Assembly: GCA_030264375.1 (NCBI GenBank)
Contig: JASCQW010000081.1
Coordinates: 62,166,300-62,227,780, forward strand
Source of the DNA: Carcharhinus longimanus
Lineage: Eukaryota
Length of the DNA stretch: 61,481 bases
Reading direction: 5' to 3'
Shown here: piece after piece, positions 51,795 to 61,481 of the stretch
How positions within the stretch are numbered: position 1 is the first letter of the stretch
How the letters are laid out: the number at the start of each line of letters is the position of its first letter
The notes under the pieces: model-generated
The model's database searches: none
What the model was told of the DNA's origin: nothing
The model's input: the letters and a program-made list of their open reading frames with translations, nothing else
Translations under genes and position numbers: made by a program

Positions 51795-52042
51795 GAATTT
51801 GGAGATGAGGAATTTCTTCAGCCAGAGAGTAGTGAATCTGTGGAACCTTTTGCCACAGGAGGCCAAGGTCATTAAGTGTCTTTAAGACAGAGATAGATTG
51901 GTTCTTGATTGATAAGGGGATCAAGGGTTGTGGTGAAAAGGCAGGAGAATGGGATGAGAAAATATCAGCCATGATTGAGTGGCGGAGCAGACTTGATGGG
52001 CTGAGTGGCCTAATTTGCTCCTAAGAATCATGGTCTTATGGA
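51795..52042 (+). mobile_element. CR1 LINE 3' end
   Basis: EMRNFFSQRVVNLWNLLPQ and 3' UTR stem-loop. Confidence 0.88.
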
Positions 52043-52099
52043 ACGTGATTAGATTGTCCGGATGAGGGCTTTAAATTGAACAGCAGAAATGCTTTCATA

Positions 52100-52289
52100 A
52101 AAGACTGCGGATGTTGGAATCTGAAACAAAAAGAGAAAATGCTGGAAAATCTCTGCAGGTCTGACAGCATCTGTGGGGAAAGAATAGAGCCAACGTTTTG
52201 AGTCATGATGACACTTTGTCAGAGCTCTGAGGAAGGGTCATCTAGGCTCGAAACGTTGTCTCTATCCCCTCCCCACAGACGCTGTCAGA
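52100..52289. mobile_element. Palindromic dimer of PLE-tail-type repeat with hammerhead core
   Basis: Symmetry centre agagctct (52221-52228); arms ctgacagcatctgtgggg / ccccacagacgctgtcag; CTGAGGA at 52227-52233 and GAAA at 52250-52253. Confidence 0.75.
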
Positions 52290-53074
52290 AATGATTTCAT
52301 GTCTGTCCAATCACTAGATTTCTTTTGGTATCTGCTTTCAACGGGCAGGAGTGCTTTTTATTCCAGCTTGCGGCTTTGCAGTTTGTGAGACACTTCAACC
52401 TGGTCAAACTGAAGGCTCTTGTCAGGGAATTGTCGGGAAAATAATCGGGACATGAGGATGTCAGAGAAATCCAAGTAACTGGAATATTCTCTGTAGGTTG
52501 TATAATTAAAAGACTGCGGGAAATGTAAGTTGTTTCAGGCAGGTTAGAGCCGCTTGGCGAAGTTAATTGAACTATTTGCCTTTGATATGGCCATGTGGTG
52601 TAACCGGTGGGCTAAACCCTGCTTTTCCCACCAGAGTTAACACATGGTCAAATAAGTGGGAGAACTTTGAGCCATATTTTAGATGGGAGCGAGCCTAATC
52701 GTGTGTGAGACACTTAAGGCTTTTCTCATTCCCCCTGACAGGTTCAAATAAGCCACTGCTGTTGGACATTTTCATTGAGTTTGAGCAACACGATAATCCC
52801 AGGCTGTTGGAGATCAAAAAGCTATTATTCCAAAACAAGGGATCAGTTTCCCAGTGAGGACATTGGAGAGTTTCCCTTGGCTATAGAAAAGCTGTCCGTT
52901 CATTGTCATTTTGTAGACAAGCACCCCGTTTTACGCAAAGTTTTTAGAAAAGGTACCCTTGGAAACCAGCTCCATAAAAACCATCCCACTGTTTGTTTGC
53001 AGCATTTTGCAAAATTACAGCATATGGCGCTCCCTTTATAAAGACCTTGGCGCCGTTTTTAATTGAAAATAGCA

Positions 53075-53415
53075 GAGGCGATTCTCCCCAAAAAACTCTT
53101 AAGGGCCAGATTTTACCAATCGGAGGCTAAGTGCCAGATCGGGACGTAAAACAGATCTGAGCCCGGAATCCTCGTTCCAGCGTGCCCGTACGCTTTTTGC
53201 GGGCTTTGATCCGGTCTGCGCTGTGGGGGTGGGGCTCAGCGCTGCCGGAATGATCGGAGCTCTGAACTGCGCAAAAAAAACTGAAACAGCGTGCCCGGGC
53301 ACGAGAAACAAAACAGAGATACCCGCGCGGGGGGTGGGTGGAATGGGGTGGAGGATAAGCCACGATCGGACCCCCCGAGGAGGCAGGCCCCCCCCCAGCA
53401 AACGTCCCCCGATCA
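53075..53415. mobile_element. CpG-rich end of a non-autonomous TIR element (young)
   Basis: Begins gaggcgattctccccaaaaaactcttaag, similar to the 10663 TIR; CpGs are undepleted. Confidence 0.5.
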
Positions 53416-53417
53416 GA

Positions 53418-53692
53418 CCTGTTGGACTGGTGTTATGAGACTTCTTACTGCAGCACCTTCCTGGCCTTCCGCTGGTATCTGCCGGAGGGAGGGGGTGGGA
53501 TCTCTGGTTGAGATTCTCCCAAGTCCATTCTTCCCCCATCCTCCACCACCTCCCCCACCACCAAACAGAGATCCATCTGAGCACCCCGCCCCCCCCGACC
53601 CTCCCTCCAGCAGACACTAGCAGAAGGCCAGGAAGGTGCTGCAGGCTGTCCAACGACTGCAGGAAGAGGTCTCACAACACCAGTCCAACAGG
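53418..53692. repeat. Foldback inverted repeat (~75-95-bp arms)
   Basis: cctgttggactggtgttatgagac..ctgcagcaccttcctggccttc..ggagggaggg is complementary to ccctccctcc..gaaggccaggaaggtgctgcag..gtctcacaacaccagtccaacagg. Confidence 0.9.
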
Positions 53693-53760
53693 ACTTTAAC
53701 CTGGTGTTGTGAGACTTCTTAATGCGTTTACCCCAGTCCAACACCGGCATCTCCACATCA
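53691..53760 (+). mobile_element. Extreme 3' tip of the Penelope-like element
   Basis: ggactttaacctggtgttgtgagacttctta..ccagtccaacaccggcatctccacatca, same as the reverse complement of 26922-26991. Confidence 0.85.
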
Positions 53761-54029
53761 ACGAGTGCAGGGCAGAAGGAGGGACAGCAGCAATCCAGGT
53801 AGGTTGGGGGTGTGCTCTGCCGAGGTGGGGGGGGAGNNNNNNNNNNNNNNNNNNNNNNNNNNNNNNNNNNNNNNNNNNNNNNNNNNNNNNNNNNNNNNNN
53901 NNNNNNNNNNNNNNNNNNNNNNNNNNNNNNNNNNNNTTGAGCGCTGTGAAAGATCACTTTGAAAGTCCTCCGCGGGTCCTCAATTGTCCCACCATAAACT
54001 TTTTGTTCTCAGTCTACCTTAGCCAACGC

Positions 54030-54425
54030 TTCCCTCATCCCTTTGTTCTCTTTTGTTAATGCTCAAGAGAGTGGTATTGGATTTTACCTTCTCACACTCC
54101 ATCTGTATTTTAAATTCAACGGTTCTGTGATCGCTTCTTCCGAGAGGATCCCTAACTGTAAGATCATTAGTTTTTCCTGTCTCGTTACACAGGATCAGAT
54201 CTAGGAAAGCTTGCTCCCTCGTACTGTTCAAAGAAGCCATCGCGGATACATTCTATGAACTCCCCGTCAAGGCTGCCTTGACTGACCTGGTTTGACCAAT
54301 TGATATGTCGATTAAAATTCCCCATGATAATTGCTGTATCACTTTTACATGCATCAATTATTTCTTTATTTATTTCTTGCCCTACCATGATGTTATTATT
54401 TGGTGGCCTATAGACTATACCTATC
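54030..54425 (-). mobile_element. CR1 APE-endonuclease fragment
   Basis: IIMGNFN.HINW, EFIECIRDGF, FLDLILCNE, PLGRSDH. Confidence 0.88.
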
Positions 54426-55258
54426 AGTTAGGTGTGAACGTGAGTGGTGAGGAGAATGCAAAGAAGCTGCAGAAGGATACAGGCAGCTTGGGAAATGGAA
54501 AGAATGTAGCAATTGGAATGGAATACAATGTGGTGATCTGTGAGGTTACCACTCTGATGGGGAAAGTATTTTGTGAATAGTGAGCATTGAAATGTTTTTC
54601 ACTCATAACGACCTGGATGTCCTTGTACACGAATCACAAAAAGTTAATATGGAGATACAGCAAGCAACTGAAAGCAAAATACTGACTAAGTCTTATTACA
54701 AAGGACATGGATAAGGCCACACCTGCTGCATTGTATGCAGTTTTGGTCTCTTCACCTAAGGAAAGACATACTTGACTGAGAGGAGATGCAAAGAAGCTTC
54801 ATTGACTGGCTTCTGGCATGAGGGGATTGACCCATGAGCAGAAATGAGTAGATTAGGCCTATATTATCTGAAGTTTAGAAGGATGAGGTAATCTAATTGA
54901 AACGTATAAAATTCTTAAGTGCCCTAATGCTGAGAAAATATTACTCTTGGCTGAGGAATCTAGACATGGGACCACGGTCGTAGAATGTGATGGCTAGTTA
55001 GGATTAAGATGCGGAGAAATGTCTTCATTCGGAGGACTGTGAATCTTCGGAACTGTGTACCTCTGAGTATTGTGGATGTTCAGTTGTTGAGTATGTTAAA
55101 GACAGAGATCAAGAGAGCTTTGGGTACGAGTTGAATGAAAGGACTTGGAATAACGTGTGAAGATGGAATTGAGGTAGAGAATCTGCCAAAATCTTGTTGA
55201 ACGGCAGAGCAATTTGGAAGGGCTGAATGGCCTACTGTCCCTATTCCTCATGTTTTTG
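54426..55258 (+). mobile_element. Old CR1 3' fragment
   Basis: LQKD, MEYNV..CEV, DLDVLVHESQK, CMQFWS, VNLRN remnants and tail. Confidence 0.8.
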
Positions 55259-55457
55259 TCAGCAGGTTTGGCTGTGTGGTGTTAGGATACATTCATTTTC
55301 ACTTGTTTAGGGGCATGCAGGATTGTAGCTGCAATCCTTAATCACTCGTAGACCCCTGTGAGCTGCACAAGCTGTCCCTCAGCCAGCAATGCAGCTTGCT
55401 CTTGAAGACATGAGGTAAGTCTATGAAGCAGCATGTAATAACTTGAAGGCAATTATT

Positions 55458-56529
55458 TGTGATTTCAAGTTAAGAAGGGTTTATTACCAGCAATATAAGT
55501 ATGTATATACAAGCAGTGATCAGACAAAATAAAGACATGATTATATTCCCTGTTCCCCGCTCCAACTGAGGTTTCTTCTCGGCCCTGGATGCGCACATTT
55601 GTTCCCAATTGGCTCCCGCTCCGGTTCTGCATAGGGCCTGGCCACATGGGTCTTGGAGATCATCCCCTTAAAGTGGCCATGCTACCACACTCTTTCCCCC
55701 AACTTCAAGGATCATACATGAACAAAACAAAACGCACATCATTAAACATAGGTCTCCTTATTTTCAGCAAACGTTGAGTGCCCTGACTCCATACTTATCA
55801 CAGGAATCCATGTATTAACAATTGATGAATTCAAATCCTCCACCATCCTCCTGTTGATTCCCAGTATCAACCCCAATCTCCCTCACATGCNNNNNNNNNN
55901 NNNNNNNNNNNNNNNNNNNNNNNNNNNNNNNNNNNNNNTTTCCACATTTTTTCCAGGCACCCATGTCAGTCCTGCTGCAGATTTCCTGGCTAGGAATAAA
56001 CCATCAACTTGGAAAACTCTATCCTTCTTCCCCGAATCATGGTTTTGCTTCTGGGAGGCTTATCTAGCTTCCATCCTCCCCGCCAAATCTGGAAATACTA
56101 AATCCAACCAGGTCCGCAGGTGATATCCCATCAGCCATTCAGCTGGCTTGACCCCTGTGGCAGTTTTTTGCAATGTATTGTATTCTAACAAGAAGCATGC
56201 TAAACGTAAAATGGCCTGTGAGCTTGCTTCTTTATTGATGATTTGAATGTTTGCACAAGGCTTTCTGCTAACCCAATGGAAGCTGAGTGATAAGGTCCTG
56301 AGTGAACATGGCAAGTACTATTTAACTTTACAGATTTTCAAAATTCATCCACTGTAAATTCTGTGCCATTGTCTGACACTAAGACCTCTGATAACATCCT
56401 AGTGGCCAAATCAATTGGTCATTCCAGTCTGTCCAGCATCTTGTGGGACAGAACTGCGTCTATTCCATTAGGTGAAGCATCATATGTAACTGCCAGTGAT
56501 CTCACCCTTAAAGGGACCATTCTACCACA
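55458..56529 (-). mobile_element. Second Gypsy relic: integrase fragment, polypurine tract and 3' LTR (55458-55689)
   Basis: EVLVSDNGTEFT..EF, LACFLLEY..TGVKPAEWLMG..LRTWLDL. PPT gggggaaagag abuts a TG..CA LTR containing AATAAA. LTR-start-like cccttaaag.g.ccat.ctaccaca recurs at 56505-56529. Confidence 0.75.
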
Positions 56530-56713
56530 CAGCACCAAGTGTTTGAATTTCATTTATTTATTTTATTAGTGTAACAAGTAGACTTCCATTAACACTGTAA
56601 TGAAGTTACTGTGAAAATCCCACACTCTGGCATCTATTTCTCTCACCTTTTTACAGAGCAATAAACTTGCTAAATAAAATAAGTATGCAAACCAGGACAG
56701 CTGAAATTTTTAG

Positions 56714-57525
56714 TTATCTGCAAATATACATACAGAAAATCCACAGGTGCTAGGTGGCCTGCTGAGTATTTCCAGCATTTTCTGTTTTCATTGCAGATTT
56801 CTCACAGCTGTAGTGTTTTTTATTCGTTATTACAATCTGGATGCTGTTCACAGCAATCCTGGAAAAAGTAGAGTTTGGGTGGTGGTGCATATACTTTTTT
56901 CACCTGCTTGCTGTGGGCAGCCTCTCAGAAATTCTAGCGCAACATAGTGAAATGTTTCAACATCAAGGAAGCAGCCAGTGTTAGCCCTGCAATTCAGAAT
57001 AGGCTCAGTCACAATGGAGCCTGCAGCTTCACTGTGGCTGAGCCCATTCTGAATGCCATGGGTAACTTTGTTAGCAGTAGTCTTCTATCCCAGGAGACAA
57101 CAGGATAACCCAAGATGGTTAGCAGACCCTGTTTCTGGGAGAGGGTGACTCCTTAGCTCCTTCAGCCAGCTCATTAGCAATGTGCTAAAGGTTTATTCCT
57201 GGAAGTTTATTTGTGTCTGGAGATTTGGGGAATCCAGTTTCCAGCTACTCCCTAACACTGCCTGCTTCCTCGCTGTTGAAGTATTTCACTATGTTGTGAC
57301 AAAATTTCTGAGAGGCTGCCCACAGCAAGCAGGTGAAGAAAGTATATGCACCAACACCCAAACTCTATTTTTTCTAGGAATGCTATGAGCAGCATCCAGA
57401 TTGTAATTAAGAGTGGAAAAAAAACTGCAGATGAGAGGAATCTGCAATGAAAACAAAAATTGCTGGAAATACTCAGCAGGCCACCTAGCACCTGTGGATT
57501 TCCTATACGTATCCTGGCAGATTAA
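56714..57525. repeat. Long inverted repeat: arms 56714-56984 and 57252-57525, 267-bp structured spacer
   Basis: Arms align end to end, with perfect blocks such as aaatccacaggtgctaggtggcctgctgagtatttccagca and ttcacctgcttgctgtgggcagcctctcagaaatt. Confidence 0.95.
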
Positions 57526-57619
57526 ACACATCACACACTTCAAGCTACTCTGACACACTCAGGTGTACAGTGCGGGCCACTGACATTGTGCAAGGAAGGG
57601 AAGATCATGTCAACACAAT

Positions 57620-57755
57620 GGCCAGGATTCTCCGACTTCGTCCGCAACTGAGACTCTCCGATCTTGTTGCTGTGAATGGAAATTTGATGGAGCGCCAAAT
57701 TCTCTATTCTCCCCGACAGCAGTGGTGGGGTGTATGACATTGGAGAATTCCAGCC
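57620..57755. mobile_element. MITE-like element
   Basis: Ends ggccaggattctcc / ggagaattccagcc. Confidence 0.6.
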
Positions 57756-59789
57756 GACGTTTGCACATTAGAGGTGGAAAGGCTCTAAACAATTAGCAAC
57801 ACAGTGCTTTTTCTACAACAGCATGCCTACACTCGAGTAACAGAAGTGCAACTAAATTGGAACTGATGTTATTTTTCATTAGAGAGTGCAGCACATATCA
57901 CTCACTCTAATGAGCACCAAAAGGCAGCATTCTAAAAATACTGGACAGTTCAATAGTTCTGGCAGTCAGACAAATTCCACCGTTGAAATGTCCCAGGATT
58001 ATCGGTATGCTGAGACTTATGGTTATAGAAGAGTTTTGTCAGAAGTAGAATAGTGCGCAAATATGTAAGCTAACTTTTGTGGAAAAAAAGAATGAAAGTA
58101 TGGCTTGAGTTAATCACCAGCCAGCTTGCTTCTCAAGTCAACATGCCTTCTCTTAGCATATTTCCTAACACTGCTAAACAGACAGAAATAGTTGAGGTGA
58201 GCAAATTGGTCTTTCTGTAAGCGGTGGAATGCAACTGTGTAGTAGAAAAGAATATTGCAGTGAGTGTCTGCTAGCTGACACCCTACTGAGCCACAATATA
58301 TTTAAAACTCATCACCATTTCAAAGAAGAGACTTTTCTCGGCAAACCAAAAAGATGAAAAGAAAAGATGATGACCCAGGTCAATGGCAAACCTTGGGAGT
58401 ATCATATAATGCAAAGTACAGGACAGCAAACATGAAGTTTATTGCTCTGTCGGGACCTTGTTTCACACGCAAAGACAAATGTGGCAGGAGGCAAATAAAT
58501 CAGAGAAATTGGCCTTTTGTTTACAATAAATAAACCCAAACTCTGAAAGGCAATGTCATGGAAAGGGGCCTGCTCATTGATAGCAATGCTTACTCCCCAT
58601 TATTTCCTTTAGCTACAATAAAAACAAAGAAACACTTATTTATGGTTTAGTTTTGTCTTGTAAAAGCATATTTATAATGTGCTCAGTAAATTATAGGTAA
58701 TCAAGCTTCACAAGATGTGATGGCTGTAAAAGATCAATATTCCAAACACTCAATATATAGTTGAGCTGTCCAATAATATTTTTAAAGATGTTAATACTTA
58801 AGTTATTGTTTGGTAGTATTATATGCATGATCAGTAGATTTTTCATAAATCTCTGCTAACCTCAATCTTGACTTTAGTTACATTTTTCTAATATTCCTTT
58901 AAGAAAGGCAATAATTTAATGGTTGGCCTTACTTTAGGTTTGGTTGCTATTTTGTCTGCTTAAATCAATGTGCCCCTATTAAAAGTTTTTAAAATCTTAA
59001 TTTAGACAATAGACAGCCATACACGCAGTAATCATCATTTCAGATATTTTGTTTATCAGTTCTGCTTAGTTGTAATGCAGGAGTCAGCTTTCAGCTAAAC
59101 TTTCTTAAATAAATGCAGACAAATAGATGAGGTCGAACTAATTTTCTTTAAGAAAAGGCAACATTTTTGATAAAACAACGGGTAATTAAGGGTGAAATTG
59201 AAACAGCATTAACATGAACTGAGATTATTCTCATTAGAGACCAGTAATCATAAAGCAATTCTTACGACATTTATTTCCTTTCAATCATTTTAAATATTCA
59301 GTAAGATAGCTTTGCAGCCGTATTTAAATCATGATGTGGGCTATTGTTCTGGCATATCTCATTAGCCCTGGGTCTGTACTTTGTAAATGGTTTCATTCTA
59401 ATTTACTAATCTTCTCATGAACTGTGTAAAACCTCATCATCCTAGGTATGGAGAGACTCCATATGAATAACATCCATAGAGTGTTACTATATTAGAAATG
59501 TGTATAGTGAGTATAGCCAAAGTTATACTCATACAATTCCAGATAATTCCAATCTAAACATAAAAACAGAAAATTTTTGAACTACTCAGACCTGGCAGAA
59601 TCTCCAGCTTTCCCAAACATAGCTATTGAAAGAATAAACGTTGCACTTGTATAGTGCCATGTAGATGCCATAGTATATAGATGACCAAAGGGTTTTACAG
59701 TTAAGTATTTTGCAGTGTATGAAGATCTGCATAAGAGGGACGGGGGCAGTATTGTGGACCAACTAGTAAAGGGATTTCCAGATATATTG

Positions 59790-59993
59790 CTTTCATTGCA
59801 ACCCACTGTATGCCCAGACCAGGCATACTTTATTTCTCACATAAGAGTAAAAAGCCTTGGGGTTTTCTTTTATCCGACCCACCAAGGACTTCTCATGCCC
59901 CCTCCTAGCTCTCCTAAGCCCTTTCTTTAACTCATTCCTTGCTACCTTGTAACACTCAAGCAACCCAACTGAATCTTGTTTTTTCATCCTTAG
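59790..59993 (-). mobile_element. CR1 internal fragment
   Basis: ELKKGLRRARRGHEKSLVGRIKENPKAFYSYVRNK. Confidence 0.85.
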
Positions 59994-60204
59994 CTACTCT
60001 TCAGTTTAATCAGTGAAGCCATTAAGGAACCTTTGTTTATTTTCAGCTGGGAGAGGATTGTTGATGTGTAATTCCGATAGAGATGTGCCCCTATTCAGCT
60101 TTCTAGAGCCATTGGCAGGAACGTTACCACAGAACGGAATTCTCCTTTGGCCTCGGGTGGAATTTTACGAGCCTTGCCCAAGCGAGGTCGTAAAATCCTG
60201 GCCA

Positions 60205-60885
60205 TAGAGCCATCAAGTTCTTGAATCATCAAGTTTTACAGCACCAACCAAGGCCCTTCAGCCCATCATGTCTACACCAGCCATCAAGCCATCATCTCTT
60301 CTGATCCCAATTGTCATCATACGTCCATAGCCTTGTTTGCTGTGGTGTTTCAAGTGCTCTTCTTAAATGTTGTGAGGGTTCCATCTCTACCGCCTTTTCT
60401 GGCAGTGAGTTCCAGATTCATACCACCCTCTGGCTGAAAAGATTCTTCCCCAAATCCCCCCTAAATCTTTTGCCCCTTACCTTAAATCTGTGCGCCCCAG
60501 TTATTGACCCCTCTACCAAGGGGAGAAGTTTCTTCCTATCAATGTTCCTCATAATTTTGTGCACCTCAATCCGGTCCCCCCTCAGCCTTCTCTGCTCTAA
60601 GGAAAAAAAACCCCAGCCTATCCAACCTCTCCTCAAAGCTGAAATGCTGCAGCCCAGGAAACATCCCGGTGAATCTCCTCTGCACCCTGTCCAGTGCAAT
60701 CATATCATCCCCATGGTGTGGCGACCAGAACTGCACACAGTACTCTAGCTGTGACCTAACCAGTGTTTTATACAGCTCCATCATAACCTTCCTGCATTTA
60801 CACTCTATGTCTCGGCTAATAAAGGCAAGTATCATATACTCCTTCTTGACCACCTAACCTACCTGTCCTGCTGCCTTCAGGGGTC
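60205..60885 (-). mobile_element. CR1 LINE 3' fragment
   Basis: LYKTLVRSQLEYCVQFWSP, QRRFTGMFPGL, LEQRRLRGD, NLFSQRVV and 3' tail. Confidence 0.92.
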
Positions 60886-61481
60886 TCCCTGATAGATAAC
60901 AGTCACAAAGACACTGTATTATATATCTGTGTTACCCCATGTAATAGTGCGGGATAGGGCAGCATTTCAGGATCTGAAGTGAGTCAGTGGGAGGGAAGCT
61001 GCCACTGGACAGTTCAGTGACATTCTAAACTTGTAAATTTTCATCATAGCAAAAGCTGACATGACCCAGGTGTGATTATAATTTAAATAACATTCAAACT
61101 CTGCTCGTGGACAGAGCTCCATTCTCTCTGGCGAGAGTGCATTACCTGGATAACCTCAGGGCTATCGAGGAGATTTGGACCTGTGCCTAATGATAGCCTT
61201 AACAAAGCACACAGCATGCTCCTTACCCCAGAAGGGATCTTGCCAAGACTGGACTGTAGTCTCCCAATCCGCAGGAAGATCTTGCTGCACCAGCTTTCTG
61301 TTTCTCACTCCAGCTTCGAATGTTCTGGAGACTGGAGCAGCCAGATTAGACAGACCTTTGTGACCAAGACTCAGAATTGATTTTCTGCTCCGCAATCAAT
61401 TGGATAGTTCTGAAAAATGGAGATAATTGTGGGATTCTTTCAGAGCCTTGAGGCAGTGACTGTATCGTTCTCACCAATTGT

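Noticed and set aside
53099-53957. Several 100-184 aa GC-rich ORFs and an apparent CpG island/promoter
   Set aside because: Explained by a young TIR element, the foldback and a gap; GC-rich sequence has few stop codons.
56747-57491. Paralogous small ORFs MLGGLLSISS.. on opposite strands
   Set aside because: They are the two arms of the inverted repeat; non-ATG starts and frames diverge after indels.

Overview
Vertebrate, very probably shark (elasmobranch), genomic DNA with many N gaps; the taxon is inferred from HE1-type SINEs and CR1/HER1-type LINE tails. The only host coding sequence I can support is one 129-bp phase-0 exon of the Na+-activated K+ channel gene KCNT2 (5431-5559, +), which the ORF track misses. 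The rest appears to be KCNT2 intron, at least 55 kb downstream of that exon. It is packed with decayed transposons: CR1, L2, RTE and Rex1/Babar LINEs, tRNA-derived SINEs, two Gypsy relics, two PIF/Harbinger relics (one with convergent Myb/SANT and transposase genes), Harbinger-type MITEs and Penelope-like (PLE) termini. Notable structures: (i) short PLE-derived inserts carrying minimal hammerhead-ribozyme cores; (ii) several foldback structures built around PLE-type tails, the largest an ~810-nt inverted repeat (56714-57525) enclosing further hairpins; (iii) a U2 snRNA 5' fragment split by a palindromic insert. No intact TE ORF and no proven new system. All protein and repeat assignments are by recall of family motifs, not database search, and repeat boundaries are approximate.
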